NCBI GenBank assembly: GCA_964016885.1
Contig: OZ024754.1
Span: 14,942,001 to 15,006,000 of the forward strand
Reading direction: 5' to 3'
Origin: Eledone cirrhosa
Lineage: Eukaryota
DNA: 64,000 nucleotides
Both the position numbers and the translations under genes were made by a program. Below the pieces are notes generated by a model, which saw only the letters and a list, made by a program, of their open reading frames with translations, made no database searches and was not told the origin of the DNA. Below, one piece after another: positions 26,833 through 40,390 of this stretch (positions within the stretch are counted from its first letter, which is position 1; every line of letters starts with the position of its first letter).

Positions 26833-26839
26833 GTAAGTA

Positions 26840-26961
<122 letters not shown>

Positions 26962-27001
26962 TTGAAATAAAATGAAAACGAAATTTCATTTCTCACTCTT
27001 A

Positions 27002-27042
27002 GGGTGCTGATGATAGCTAACAAGCTTGAAACTAGTACATCG
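27002..27042 (+). ncRNA. minimal type I hammerhead, family F diverged copy
   Basis: GGUG-CUGAUGA-UAGCUAACAAGCUU-GAAAC-UA-GUA-CAUC. Stem I differs from the 18.2-kb copies but still pairs. Confidence 0.75.
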
Positions 27043-27195
27043 TTCCTGTGTCAGTGTTGAACAAAAAGGTGACGTGGTTGCCTTAACACCGTATGGCATA
27101 AAAATTCAGGCTGTTCAGTTTGTTTACAAACGAACAAAGCGGCGTTATAATAAGCGTCCGCTAAACTGATACGTGCATATATGTATGTGTACCTG

Positions 27196-27265
<70 letters not shown>

Positions 27266-27998
27266 TGCTACTGTACGTCTGTATACATATATGTATGTAC
27301 GTATACACACATACTTACATATATATATATATATATATAGTAAAGCCAGAGTCCGGGTGTTTCTCCAGTGCAAGGCGCATACAATAGTCCACTACGATGA
27401 TAAAAAGCTAGGGAGCCAATGTATCTCCCTGGAGCACTGGTCTGTTGGAGACGCAGGACATGGCAACGATGATGAGGGACAGAGACTGCTGGAGAGAACT
27501 CGTCCATGGATCTCGGGAATTTTACCCGCCTTAGAATATATATATATATATATATATATATTGTTATACTTGGGGAGGATCATATTGTTGTAATAATATT
27601 GCCAGAAATAATAACAGAACAATCTCACTGTTTGGTTGGTTTTCGCCTCTGTATCTTTTATATCTCCATAGTTAATTTATTTGGCAATCAACGTTTATCA
27701 TATATATATGTAAAAGGTAAACAGAAATAACAACACAATCGGTAGAGTTTATGGAAGGAATATATTAGGTTAACGCTTGAAATAGAGGAAGAGAGAGGAT
27801 TTTAACGTTCCGGACGCTAGTCCTTCATCAGAAGAAAGAATGAGAAATAAGTTATATTGAAGGGACGGGCGGGGTGGAATTGGAAAAAATGTCTTTAGAT
27901 AAAAATATATTTGTAAATATATACAATGATATTAAATAAATGGAAACTATATTTATAAAACCATATTCATTCTATTATATATAGTTCAAGGGTACCAA

Positions 27999-28029
<31 letters not shown>

Positions 28030-29342
28030 GTTTAACGTCCGTGTTCCATGCTTGCATGGGTTTGGACGGGAGTTTTCCCACTTGAGGCAAGAGTGGTTGT
28101 CTTGCTCGCGTAGGACTGTCTGGCGGGTTTTCTACAGTTGGATGCCCTTCCTAACACCAACCACATTTACAGTGTGGGGCTGGGAGGTTTTTACCGTGTT
28201 GCCTACACAGCCACATTACAGCGTGGACTGTCTGGCAGGTTTTCTACAGCTGGATGCCCTTCCTAACACCAACCACATTTACAGTGTGGGACTGGGACGT
28301 TTTTACCGTGTTGCCTACACGGTCATATTACAGCGTGGACTGTGTGTTTTTTTTTTTCGTGACACCTACACGATCTCATTTGTTTCGGCCTGGATTTTGT
28401 GGCACCAACATAACTTTACATTGAAAGGGGCGGTGTGGATGGGGTGGGGATATATATATATATATATATATAGCACCCAGCACATAATGTAAAGTAGTCG
28501 TATAGGTGATACGACAAAATCACCCGGTGCACACTGTAAAAATGGTTGGCGCTAGAAAGGGCATCCAGCTGTAGAAATAAAACCAAAATAATTTCTCTTT
28601 GAGCAATACATAGTCACCACCTCACGTAGCATTTCTCACAACAGGACAACTCGTCTAACCCATGCTAGCCTAGAAAAATGAACGTTAAACGGTGATTATG
28701 ATTATATATATATATGGGATAACAAGTTATCGTTATAGGTAATCCAGTTAGAGGTTGTGAGTACTCTGTATTGTGGAAATAAAGCCCCTTGTTGTACAGC
28801 AGACCATGTTATTCCCTCAATCTTTCACTATATATATCATCATCATCGTTTAACGTCCATCTTCCACACTTGCATGGGTTAGGACGGGAGTTTTCCCACT
28901 TGAGGCAAGATTGGTTGTCCTGCTCGTATAGGACTGTCTGGCAGGGTTTTGTACGGCTGGATGCCCTTCCCAACACCAACCACGTTTACAGTGTGGACTG
29001 GGAGGTTTTTACCGTGTTACCTACACGGCCACATTACAGCGTGGACTGTGTGTTTTTTGTCGTGACACCTACACGACCTCATTTGTTTCGGACTGGATGT
29101 TGTGGTACCAACATAACTTCACATTTAAGGGGGTGGTGTGGATGGGGTGGGGGTAGTGGGTCGGGGTGTATTTTTGTTAGAGATGCCTACTGACTGTAGG
29201 TTTCGCTTTGTACTTAGGCAAGGCGGGTCTTCTGTATTACTGCGTAGCGCCAAAGATCTCGGTCCAGTGACATTGTCTTGGAGAGGTTTAAGTGTGTACG
29301 GTCGGAATTTATCAAATCGTCCCAGGTTTTTCTGGGTCTGCC

Positions 29343-29383
<41 letters not shown>

Positions 29384-30061
29384 ATATATATATAAGTAAA
29401 AGGTAAACAGAAATAACAACTCAATCGGTACAGTATATGGAAGGAATATATTAGGTTAACGCTTGAAATAGCAAGAAGAGGGTCTTAACATTTCGAATGC
29501 TAGTCCTTCGTCAGAAGAAAGAATGAGAAATAAGATATATTGAAGGGACAGGTGGGGTTATATATATATATATATATCATAATCATCATCATTGCGTCAG
29601 TTCTTTTTCGGAGTTACTCCCCCGTAGACGTATCTGTGACCCAATCTCGCTCGTAGTTTCCAATTTTGAAATTTCTACTTCCTAACATAAAGATCTTTGC
29701 ACAGTGTTCTGGGTGCATTTCATTGAGGCATTGACACTAAACCATATTAAACAGATTTTTTAGATAATCTTTAAACGGCGTTCAACATTTTCTTAGCTCA
29801 CAGTACTGCTTAACTTTTAAATATATTTACGTACACAGCTAGCAACGAAATCTGTCATATTTTTCAATAATCCATCACCATTGACATCTTTGCTGTTCAC
29901 ACAAACAGAAAAACATGCTCATACGAAATCTCTCCAACCCACGCGTTCTTTTCTCCATACATACACAAACATCCATATGTATTCACATTTAATATATATA
30001 TATATATATGAATATATACATATATGTACATAGGCAAGGCGGGTCTTCTGTATAACTACAA

Positions 30062-30098
<37 letters not shown>

Positions 30099-30379
30099 AA
30101 TATGGGGAGAAGAATACTGCATGGTTGCACATGGATTGCATGTTATAAAATGAGTCCCTCATCAGTGATTTGCCATCGATCATTGGTATTTCATCGCATT
30201 AAAAATCATGTACCTCACGTTGGTGCGACAATATCTAGAATAAGTTATTGGGACAATTGAAACGCGTAAAGCGAGTGAGACAAGTAAACAACACAGGGGA
30301 AAGCTAACCGAAGACATGTATGTATATATATATATGTATATACGTGAGAAAACCTACAAACCCTCCATATATATACATG

Positions 30380-30478
<99 letters not shown>

Positions 30479-30691
30479 CAAATTGAAGGATAAGTGTTTC
30501 AAACTTTATTTTATCATGAGTTAAGGTCTATAGATTTTTCCCTGGATTTTACTAAATTCTGTGGATGAATTTATATCCTGATTCTCTTTTGAGATGAGTT
30601 TGAGTTATTTTCCCTAAATCTTTCGTTAACTACTTTTCCCATCTTGACGTTATAGTCGCATATATGTTGAATGCCGTTAGCTTCTTGCTAA

Positions 30692-31180
<489 letters not shown>

Positions 31181-31559
31181 CTATATATATATATATATGA
31201 TAGCTGCAAAATCTGCTGAAAGTATTGCAATCGCTTGCTTGTCAGATTACAGAATATAGTGCACTGTCACGCTACAGCCAGCCGCACGATCCTGTAACAC
31301 CTTCCAAACAACCAATGCCTCTGCTTTGAAGGGTTTTTTTAAGTGGAGAAAGGCCTTGCATTCGACCAATCCCACTCTCTGAGCATCGAAAACACAACCC
31401 GAAAAGGAGAACTGGTCAACATCATCGGATGCTTCAGAAGCACCAGTTTTTTTTTTTTTTTTTTTTTTCTCTTCTCAGAGATTCCCTCTCCTAGAAAGGT
31501 GTTATGACAACAACTGGGGGCTTTTCACTCCCAGGTGAAAAATAAATGTACTATTTAGA

Positions 31560-31745
31560 TGGCCGTTGACTCTGTTGAGTTCCTCCGCCCTTCACTGGGT
31601 CTTGTATTTCATCCCGCAGGGTGTCCAAATATCACCCTCCTCACCAAGCTTGGTGAGGTTGCCGGTTTAGTCGCCGACGACCCGACCATGAGACAGGTTC
31701 TACTGGGTTACATGTTACCAGTAGCACTCGTGAGTGACCTGACAT
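31560..31745. repeat. dispersed repeat family (also 41650..41900, 55730..55900)
   Basis: Shared ccggtttagtcgcc...gaccatgagacaggtt.tactgg...ttaccagtagcac...gacctgaca. Confidence 0.65.
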
Positions 31746-31769
31746 AATATATTTATATATGCATTTTAT

Positions 31770-31820
<51 letters not shown>

Positions 31821-31825
<5 letters not shown>

Positions 31826-32512
31826 AATGAGAGGTATAGAGATTGTTTTAGCAAGAAGCTAACGGCATTCTATAACATATATGCGACTATAACGTCAAGA
31901 TGGGAAAAGTAGTTAACGTAAGATTTAGGGAAAATAACTCAAACTCATCTCAAAAGAGAATCAGGATATAAATTCATCCACAGAATTTAGTGAAATCCGG
32001 CGAAAAATCTATAGACCTTTAACTCATGATAAAATAAAGTTTGAAACACTTATCCTTCAATTTGGAATAACATCAAATGCTCTGTATAGTCTTAAAAGAC
32101 TCTTTCATGAAAACTTTCAGTGGAGATGGTCACGGTTGGATTTCATTCATCAGCAGAGCTCAACAGAAAACCAGGGCTCTCACAGTAATATAATCCGAAA
32201 AAGGGAATTCTAAAACTGGCTAGTTCGCCTTCATGTGTAATTATGAAAAAGCACATGAGGAAAAAACGGGGCTAGTGACGTCAGGATGGAAGTGAATGTT
32301 TATTTACAAGAAACAGCAGTCAAATACATTCTGAAAAAAAACTCTACAAAAGGAGTTCAGCAAAATAGCAATAATTATCACAGTTTTTATGAAAAAAACC
32401 GGGATTAGTCACAGATAGTTTAAGCACTCTAGGAAAAGAATCCGAGTATAAATATAAATGAGAGGTATAGAGATTGTTTTAGCAAGAAGCTAACGGCATT
32501 CTATAATATATA
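31821..32512 (-). mobile_element. retrozyme/Penelope-like non-coding element, 631-nt unit with about 60-nt direct terminal redundancy
   Basis: ataaatgagaggtatagag...cattctataa occurs at 31823 and again 631 nt later. It has one HHR and a (TA)n flank. Partial inverted copies at 30476..30695 and 2207..2283. Confidence 0.7.
32079..32159 (-). ncRNA. type I hammerhead inside the 631-nt terminally redundant element
   Basis: GCUCUG-CUGAUGA-AUGAAA...UUUCAU-GAAA-G-AGUCUU/AAGACU-AUA-CAGAGC. Perfect 6-bp stems I and II. Confidence 0.85.
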
Positions 32513-32577
32513 TAACATATGTTGATTTAAAACTGCACTATCCACAAGTGTTTATTAACCTTCATATCATGTCTTCC

Positions 32578-32648
32578 TATTTTATCTGATGAAAACACAA
32601 ATGTTATTGCATGATGATATTTGTTTTTGAAATGCGCATAATAAAATA
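32578..32648 (+). ncRNA. type I hammerhead ribozyme, family D second copy
   Basis: Same fold as 7246 with a perfect 8-bp stem I (UAUUUUAU/AUAAAAUA). Confidence 0.85.
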
Positions 32649-32776
32649 CATGGAACTCTTTTAACCATCTTTTGATCTTATATATTATGTATACTCCAGT
32701 CCTACAAACTGTAGAGTGCTTCTTATCCGATATCTGCATTGCTTTATTGTACTACAATAAAACTCACCTCCTACAT

Positions 32777-32842
<66 letters not shown>

Positions 32843-32880
32843 ATATTAATAAATGGAAACTATATTTATAAAACCATAAT

Positions 32881-32946
32881 TATTTTATTATATATATTTC
32901 AAGGGAAACCAAGGCAAATTTTGGTGCGCTTTCATCAGATAAAATA
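32881..32946 (-). ncRNA. type I hammerhead, family C relative
   Basis: UAUUUUAU-CUGAUGA-AAG..ACCAA/UUGGU..CUU-GAAA-UAUAUAU-A-AUAAAAUA. A G5A-mutant copy lies at about 13142..13207 (-). Confidence 0.8.
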
Positions 32947-33708
32947 CAAAATTTGTTTTATAAATGTTGACATACCCGCAAAAATCCCAACAAATGAAAT
33001 ATAACTTTTGCATATATATATATACATATACATATATATACATATATATACATATATATATAGAGAGAGTAATCGTTCATCTGTCTGCCAGCTTCGAGCA
33101 AAGTACAAACTTAAAAAAATATGACACTGAATTCTCACCTTTGGTAGTAAGAAAAGGTTTTAATAATTTGCTCTGAACCAATTCGAATGTTAAATGTAAT
33201 TTGTTTATCAACTGCATAAACAATATTGTGTGTGTAATAGATATATAAGGATTATTTGATCTAGGTGGATGGATAGATGGTGTGTAGTTTGGAATATGTG
33301 GTCACATATGCACATCAGATTGCGTGTATGTTTATATTATATATATATTTATATATAATATATATATATAATATATAAATATATATATATAATATATATA
33401 ATATATAAATATATATATATATAATATATATAATATATATATATAATATATATATATATATAATATATATATATATATAATATATATATATAATATATAA
33501 ATATATATAATAAATATATATATATATATATATTAATAAGGTAATGAATTCTTTTACAATGGAATTAGCTCGAAGGAGGAAAATACCCCTGAGCCGTGTA
33601 TAAACTAATATATATGTGATGAAACACAGCTAAATTTTCTTTTGCAATATATATACAGATGTGTTGGTATCTGTGTTTCATCACATATATATTAGTTTAT
33701 ATATATAT

Positions 33709-33879
<171 letters not shown>

Positions 33880-33934
33880 ATATAATATATAAATATATAT
33901 ATATATATAATAAATATATAAATATATATATATA

Positions 33935-33966
<32 letters not shown>

Positions 33967-34719
33967 GGGTGTCGGTGTGTATGTATGTATGTGTAAGGTA
34001 AACGGTAAAAAAGCACAACCTACGATGATGTAAAATGAAGATATATATTAGTTTCTCGCTTAATTTAGTGACCAAAAAAAAAAAAAATTGTCTTAACGTT
34101 TCGGACGCTAGTCTTTCATCAGAAACTAGAAGGAAAAATTAAAACAAAAGAGAAAGTTAGAGAGTGAACCAGGTGTGTGGAAAACTGTTGATAGGGGCAT
34201 TTATGGTGTAGGAAATCCGAGGTCACACACACACACACACAACACACACACACACACATATATATATAGGAGGAGGAAGATTGTGATGATATGTACAACG
34301 ACGACAACAGGAATATCAACAGAGAAGGCGGGTGCATCAGGATCGTAGTTTAAATACGAATTACCCGTCAAAAAGTTGACCTCCACATTTATATGCCGGC
34401 TCTAAGCCAGGGAAATTGTCTGACTATCGCTAGAAGGCCAATTCCCCATGTAGTAATATAAACAGAACTACAGTAAAGAGTTTACCAGTAGAGTGTGATA
34501 TACGAGCTATCGTCGATATACATCTAATTATAAAGGGCTCTGACCCCTTAGACGTGGTGGTTGTAGTGAATGTGAAGACGGTGCTTGTCTGGTCTGGCGG
34601 TGGGGCATGGTGGCAGCGACGGGGATGGTGGTGGTGGTGGTGGTGAAGGCGACGGTGCTGGCTGCAGTGCTGGTTGTAATGGGTAATGGGGTGGGGGTGG
34701 GGGTGAAAGTAGCGTTGCT

Positions 34720-35050
34720 GGTTATAGTCGGTTGTGATGGTAGTGTCGGGGGAGGGGGGGGGGGGTGATGGCAGTGGCGTCGGAGTGATTGTAGTGTGGT
34801 GGTGTCGGGGTGATGGTAGTGGTGTCGGGGTGAAGGTAGTGTGGTGGTGAAGGTAGTGGTGTCGGGGTGATTGTAGTGTGGTGGTGATGGCAGTGGTATC
34901 GGGGTGAGGGTAGTGTGGTCGTGATGGCAGTAGTGTCGGGGTGATGGTAGTGTGGTGGCGAAGGTAGAGGTGTCGGAGTGATGGTAGTGTGGTGGTGATG
35001 GCAGTGGTGTCGGGGTGATTGTAGTGTGGTGGTGAAGGTAGTGGTGCTGG
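34720..35050. repeat. G-rich minisatellite of about 39 bp (gtagtgtggtggtgatggcagtggtgtcggggtgat)
   Basis: Tandem degenerate units. Confidence 0.8.
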
Positions 35051-35963
35051 TTGTAATGGTGAGAAAATGGTGTTGCAGGTTGTAGTGTACATACAGCTAA
35101 AAGAGATGTTGTTTAAACAAACGACAGCATGCTCCCCTATGATTGCTAACCAAACCCTTCCAACTTATGTTTACCTTAGTTAATAATAATTTCTAACATA
35201 AACAGAATCTAACAGATTTTGGGCGGGAGGTGTAATAGTGAGATGTAATGTAATCTGTTAGTAGTTATTTTGAACTGAGAATGGGGGTAGACTGGGTGGG
35301 AGGATTGACCCCGTCACCTGCTTCAACATCGTCGCCTGGTCTTTGGGTGTCTTTAGCGGAGCACACTCTGTGACCTCTGTAGCTACCAATCAGAAAAGAT
35401 CTTAGAGTTGAGGACCCCTTCCTACCCTTCACTCACTCACTCACTCACTCTCTATCCCCCCCCCCCCCTTCCCCCTCTCTCTCTTATCCCCCTCTCTCTC
35501 TCTCCAACCATCCTTGGAGGTCTTGAAAAAGGGTCATAGATGCTACTTTTTTCTTCCTGATTAAATAATAAAACTAAAATAATAAGTGTTGTTGTTAACG
35601 ACGAATGCTCCAGTTGTTCGAACAACAGAACAACCTGCTCCTTAAATTAACGTGCAGGTGACTGAGAATTCCACAGACACGTGCACCCTTAACGCAGATT
35701 TCAGATAGATTCTGTGTGACAAAGCTGGCCCTTTGAATTATAAGTCCACCTCATACGACCTTAGATGTTTCACGATTCTCCATTATCATGTAACTCGTTA
35801 TTTTACAATGTTTGTTCAAGCCTCCACTGAATAGGAAGGCAGTTGATCATGATTAAACACTCCAACCTCGGTAGGTTTCTGACATTAAGTTAAGCTCAAT
35901 TTTCATGTAACACATTCAAGAGAATAACGTTGTTTTGTTTTTGTTTTCATTTAATATTTCCAG

Positions 35964-36125
35964 CCAGTAAAATGGATTACACATCAGAACCAACAGTAGT
36001 TACAGATGAATGGGAGTTAGATCCAAGTTTACTTCGATTCAGTACACCTCTTGGACAGGGAGCATTCGGTAAAGTGGTTACTGGATATTATGCACAAAGG
36101 AAAGTCGCTATCAAAGTTGTCAAAG
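35964..36125 (+). CDS. RTK exon 9 (DEWE, LGQGAFGKV, VAIK)
   Basis: ttccag| and |gttggt. Gly-rich loop and catalytic Lys. Confidence 0.95.
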
Positions 36126-36491
36126 GTTGGTTAACTTCTTATTGAAAATGTTATCTTTTTTCTCTGCTTCGTTGTTGATTTGTGGGAGTTGGGTGCGCTA
36201 TGTTTCTCTATCAGTCCTGTAAAGACGACACAATATCATGTTTGCCATCAATATGCCCAATATCTCCAGTTTATCTCATAACCCTCATCAGCGTCGGTAC
36301 AAAACAGCAGTTTCGTGGGTTAATGTGAGGAAGGGCATGTAGCTGCGCCCAGCCCATGCCAGTTTGGAAAAGTGGACGCAAAAACGATGATGATGATGAT
36401 GATGATGATGATTCTCAGAACGATCTTAGAATTTAAATTAAATTGATATTTCGATTGTAATGTTTAATTTGTTCTTTCTTTCATCAAATAG

Positions 36492-36660
36492 ATAGCGCCC
36501 CTCTTTCTTATAAAGAAGATCTTTTGGATGAACTGAACCTCATGAAAAGAATAGGTATCCACCCCAATATTGTGTCCATGGTAGGGGCCTGCACCCTAAA
36601 GGAACCAATTGCCCTTGTCATGGAATATGTACCCTATGGCAATCTACACAACTTTTTAAG
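36492..36660 (+). CDS. RTK exon 10 ([22 protein letters not shown]...[14 protein letters not shown])
   Basis: aatag| and |gtaact, phase 1 to 2. Kinase subdomains III-V. Confidence 0.95.
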
Positions 36661-36794
36661 GTAACTTCAAGATTATTTTGATTTTTGAAACTTTTACACG
36701 TTTCAGTTACTATAGCATGGCGATGCTGGTACAGCGCAGTTGTGAACAAAAAGTAAAATCGACACAGCATACGAAAATACGTTGTCTTAAAGTT

Positions 36795-36873
<79 letters not shown>

Positions 36874-37099
36874 CACAGTCCACGCTGTAATGTGGCCGTG
36901 TAGGCAACACGGTAAAAACCTCCCAGACCCACACTGTAAATGTGGTTGGTGTTAGGAAGGGCATCCAACTGTAGAAAACCTGCCAGACAGTCCTATGCGA
37001 GCAAGACAATCACTCTTGCCTCAAGTGGGAATACCCCCGTCCAAACCCATGCAAGCGTGGAACACGGACGTTAAACGTTGATCATGATGATGATGATGA

Positions 37100-37149
<50 letters not shown>

Positions 37150-37350
37150 GGATTTTAATGGATACAGTTTAGTTAAAAGGAATTTATTGACACGTGTTTC
37201 TATAAAAGTTACATAACCTGAAAACAGCTGCTATCTACAAAGTATTAGTTATGCAGACATTCAATATTTCAATGTTATTATCAACTGTCATTTCATCGGA
37301 ATATATATATTATCGCTCTAAACATGATTTTCTACACTATCTCTTTACAG

Positions 37351-37498
37351 GAAATGCAGATCAGAAGGAGAAGTACGACTACGAAACGGCTCTTCAGAAT
37401 TAAACTACTCAGTAATGGACAAGAATGGTCAAATCGAAAATGGAATAATAACTCCAGTCGACATATTATCATTTGCCAGACAGATCTCTATGGCCATG
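37351..37498 (+). CDS. RTK exon 11 (short kinase insert; DILSFARQISMAM)
   Basis: tttacag| and |gttagt, phase 2 to 0. Confidence 0.92.
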
Positions 37499-38272
37499 GT
37501 TAGTATCATTTAGTTCCATCTTTAGAATTTCCATTGTTCTAAAATAATCTTTATCTGATCGCTAAGTCTATGTCCACAGGTTTTCAATACTGATGGTAAC
37601 AAAGTTATTTTAGAAAAGCATCTTTTACACTGAGTATACGAAATCATTAGTCACTTTCTGTTTCTGACTTTGGTATTGCTCAAACACAAACACACACGTT
37701 AACCAGCGCTAACTTCGTATCGCAGTCTAATCGCCTGGTGGTATTTAATGTCCGAAAAGGTTCTAGGAACTATCATTGTTACTGTCACACTGTTTCTCGC
37801 CATGGTGCTTAGAATGCTACCATTCTATTGTACAGCGAGTGGAGACTGATCTTTTTCTAATAATCGATTTTTCACTCACTTGTTAATTTGTGTTTGAGTT
37901 ACGTTGACTGAGAGCTTATGGCAGGAGCGGAACTATTTGAATTTCGTCTCCTACCGTAATGTAAATTTCTGAACCAATAGCCAATTGGTTGACGGCATTG
38001 TGTTGACACGTAGAGATTTCGGTTGCTAACGTTTTACTGTGTTGGCCGTCGCATTCACTGTCATAACCGACACGGACTGAAATCGAATTCTGTCGATCGA
38101 TTGGTTATGGATTAGGTGAAACCCGCTGATGAAGCCACATGCGCCAATTGTGCATTGTTGCATAAAATGACAGGAGGCCAAATAGATTGAATTTCCTTAA
38201 TTATTTATTTCTGGAAACGGTTAACATTGCAGAATTACCAATTCTACCCAGTGGTAAACCCCCAAATTTAAA

Positions 38273-38311
<39 letters not shown>

Positions 38312-38522
38312 CGAAGGAAATGTGGTAAGGAACCAGGTGGACCATAACGTACCAAAGTACTCAATACTTAGGGTAGTAGAGTGGGTAATAGGAACGAGTA
38401 GGACCCCGACGGCTGAGCTCAAGCCGTTTCGACGGCTAATTCTGGACTAAAATTAGACGGCTAATTCTGGACCAGAATTAGCCGTCGAAACGGCTTGAGC
38501 TCAGCCGTCGGGGTCCTACTCG

Positions 38523-38567
<45 letters not shown>

Positions 38568-39034
38568 CCATGCTAGCGTGGAAGATAGACGTTAAACGAT
38601 GATGATGATGATATATATATGTATATATTTTTAACCGTTGGTCAATCAATGATAAACATTGTTTGCCAGCTAAATTAACTATAGGGATATAAAATATAGA
38701 GCAGCGAAAACCAATCCAAACCAAGCAGTGAGTGTGTTTTATTATTATTTCTGGCAATATCATAACAATATGACCCACTTATAATATTATTATAATATAT
38801 ATTATATATATATATTATAATAATATTTGCTTCCTCTTTGTATTGATAAATTTCTATTATCCTCCGACAAAAATATCAACAATATGATAATATTGAAGAG
38901 GGATTTTTAAAAGTAATTAAATAAAACTAATTATGTATTTATATGCAGGAAAGGTTGATTTTTGTACAACTAAGTCGCAAGAAAATACATCAATGAATTC
39001 TAAATAGTTAAAGAAATATCTATTTCTTTTCTAG

Positions 39035-39290
39035 GAATATATGGCTGAAAATAAATACGTCCATCGAGATTTAGCAGCTCGGAATGTCCTGCTCGATTGT
39101 GGTAAAGTTGTCAAAGTGTGTGATTTCGGCTTGTCTCGTGACATTTATAAGGATAACCAATATCAGAAATTGACTAATGGTAAACTTCCTATCAAGTGGA
39201 TGGCAATTGAATCGCTCCGAGACCGAATCTTTACCACGCAAAGTGATGTCTGGTCATTCGGTATACTTCTCTGGGAAATTGTCTCGTTAG
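39035..39290 (+). CDS. RTK exon 12 ([33 protein letters not shown])
   Basis: ttctag| and |gtaagt. Intact tyrosine kinase catalytic and activation loops. Confidence 0.98.
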
Positions 39291-39352
39291 GTAAGTCGCA
39301 ATTTCTCCAGGCTTATAGCATATGTTTCTGTGAGTGTTTCTCTATGTGTGTA

Positions 39353-39549
39353 CGAGGGTCGGCTGAACATTTCATAGGCTGACCAAGATACTCTCATGGA
39401 ATGACCAAATGTGGTTTACTTTTCAAAATAGTGCCTGGAAAGAAACAATGAAGTTATTAATAAGAATTAGAATTAAAGCATATGAAAGATTTCACAGCTC
39501 TAGCATCACTCCATCATTGTCAGCTTATGAACTTTTTAGCCGACCCTCG
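39353..39549. mobile_element. mariner-derived MITE
   Basis: TIRs cgagggtcggctgaa.../...ttagccgaccctcg with TA target duplication. Confidence 0.75.
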
Positions 39550-39936
39550 TATATTTGTATGTGTATGAGCTCTATGTATATGTATATGTGTGTACATATT
39601 TCTGTGTGCGTTTGTACATGTGGTGTATATGTGTGTGTGTGTGTGTGTGTCTGTGCGTGTGTCTGTATTTTCATGTGTCGGATGTACCTATAATTAAAAG
39701 GGTTGGCCTTATCACACATTGTTAATGTTACACGTGTCTGTGGAATGGTCTGCTACTTGTACGTTGTTTCATAGGGCGAACAACTGGAACACCCCTCGTC
39801 CAAAGGACCAGAGATCAATTCCATTCCATTTCTAAACAGTAATTTCTATGTTGTTAATGATGATGATGATGATGATATCGATGCTTCGAACAGACTCACT
39901 GATTAAAAATTAACTCTATCCTCCTTTCCATTGAAG

Positions 39937-40033
39937 GTGCCTCGCCTTATCCGTCCATCGCGCTGGCCGATCTCTACCATGTACTGTGCAGTGGTTACCG
40001 CATGGAGAGGACCAGTAACTGCTCAGAGGAGTT
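39937..40033 (+). CDS. RTK exon 13 (GASPYP...GYRMERTSNCSEE)
   Basis: ttgaag| and |gtaagt, phase 1 to 2. Confidence 0.95.
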
Positions 40034-40100
40034 GTAAGTACTGTGTTTATTAAGTCTTAAATAATACATCAAGTGAAGGCGGGTGGATCAGTTTTTAGAT

Positions 40101-40390
40101 CATTCATGGGCAACCTGCGGCCCGTGAAGCTTTCTGAATGGCTCGCCTAAGTCACCTAAGTGAATCTTTCTGATTTTTTACCCCAACTTTTCAGTCGTAA
40201 TTTATCTTTCTATCATTTTTACGATCGAGGAAAACAACGTGAACGAATTCTGAAGAAACAAATCAAAACAACCTGAGTTATCACCCTTTATTTTAAATGT
40301 GGGCACGAATCTAAATTAGCGCTTGCGACCCGCCTGATGATGAGCGATTTCTCATGCGGCCCACTTCTCGTAAAAAGTTGGCCATGCCTG
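40101..40390. mobile_element. hAT (Charlie-like) MITE
   Basis: TIRs ca..catgggcaac / gttggccatgcctg. 8-bp TSD ttttagat / gtttagat. gcggccc subterminal motifs. Confidence 0.7.

Noticed and set aside
34430-35092. 220-aa Pro/His/Thr-rich ORF
   Set aside because: Translation of a G-rich minisatellite.
38120-38195. CUGAUGA-A-GCC...GGC-CAAA possible hammerhead (similar weak cases at about 12955, 37180, 47310, 57820)
   Set aside because: Core nucleotides or stems I/III are missing, so they are too degenerate to call.
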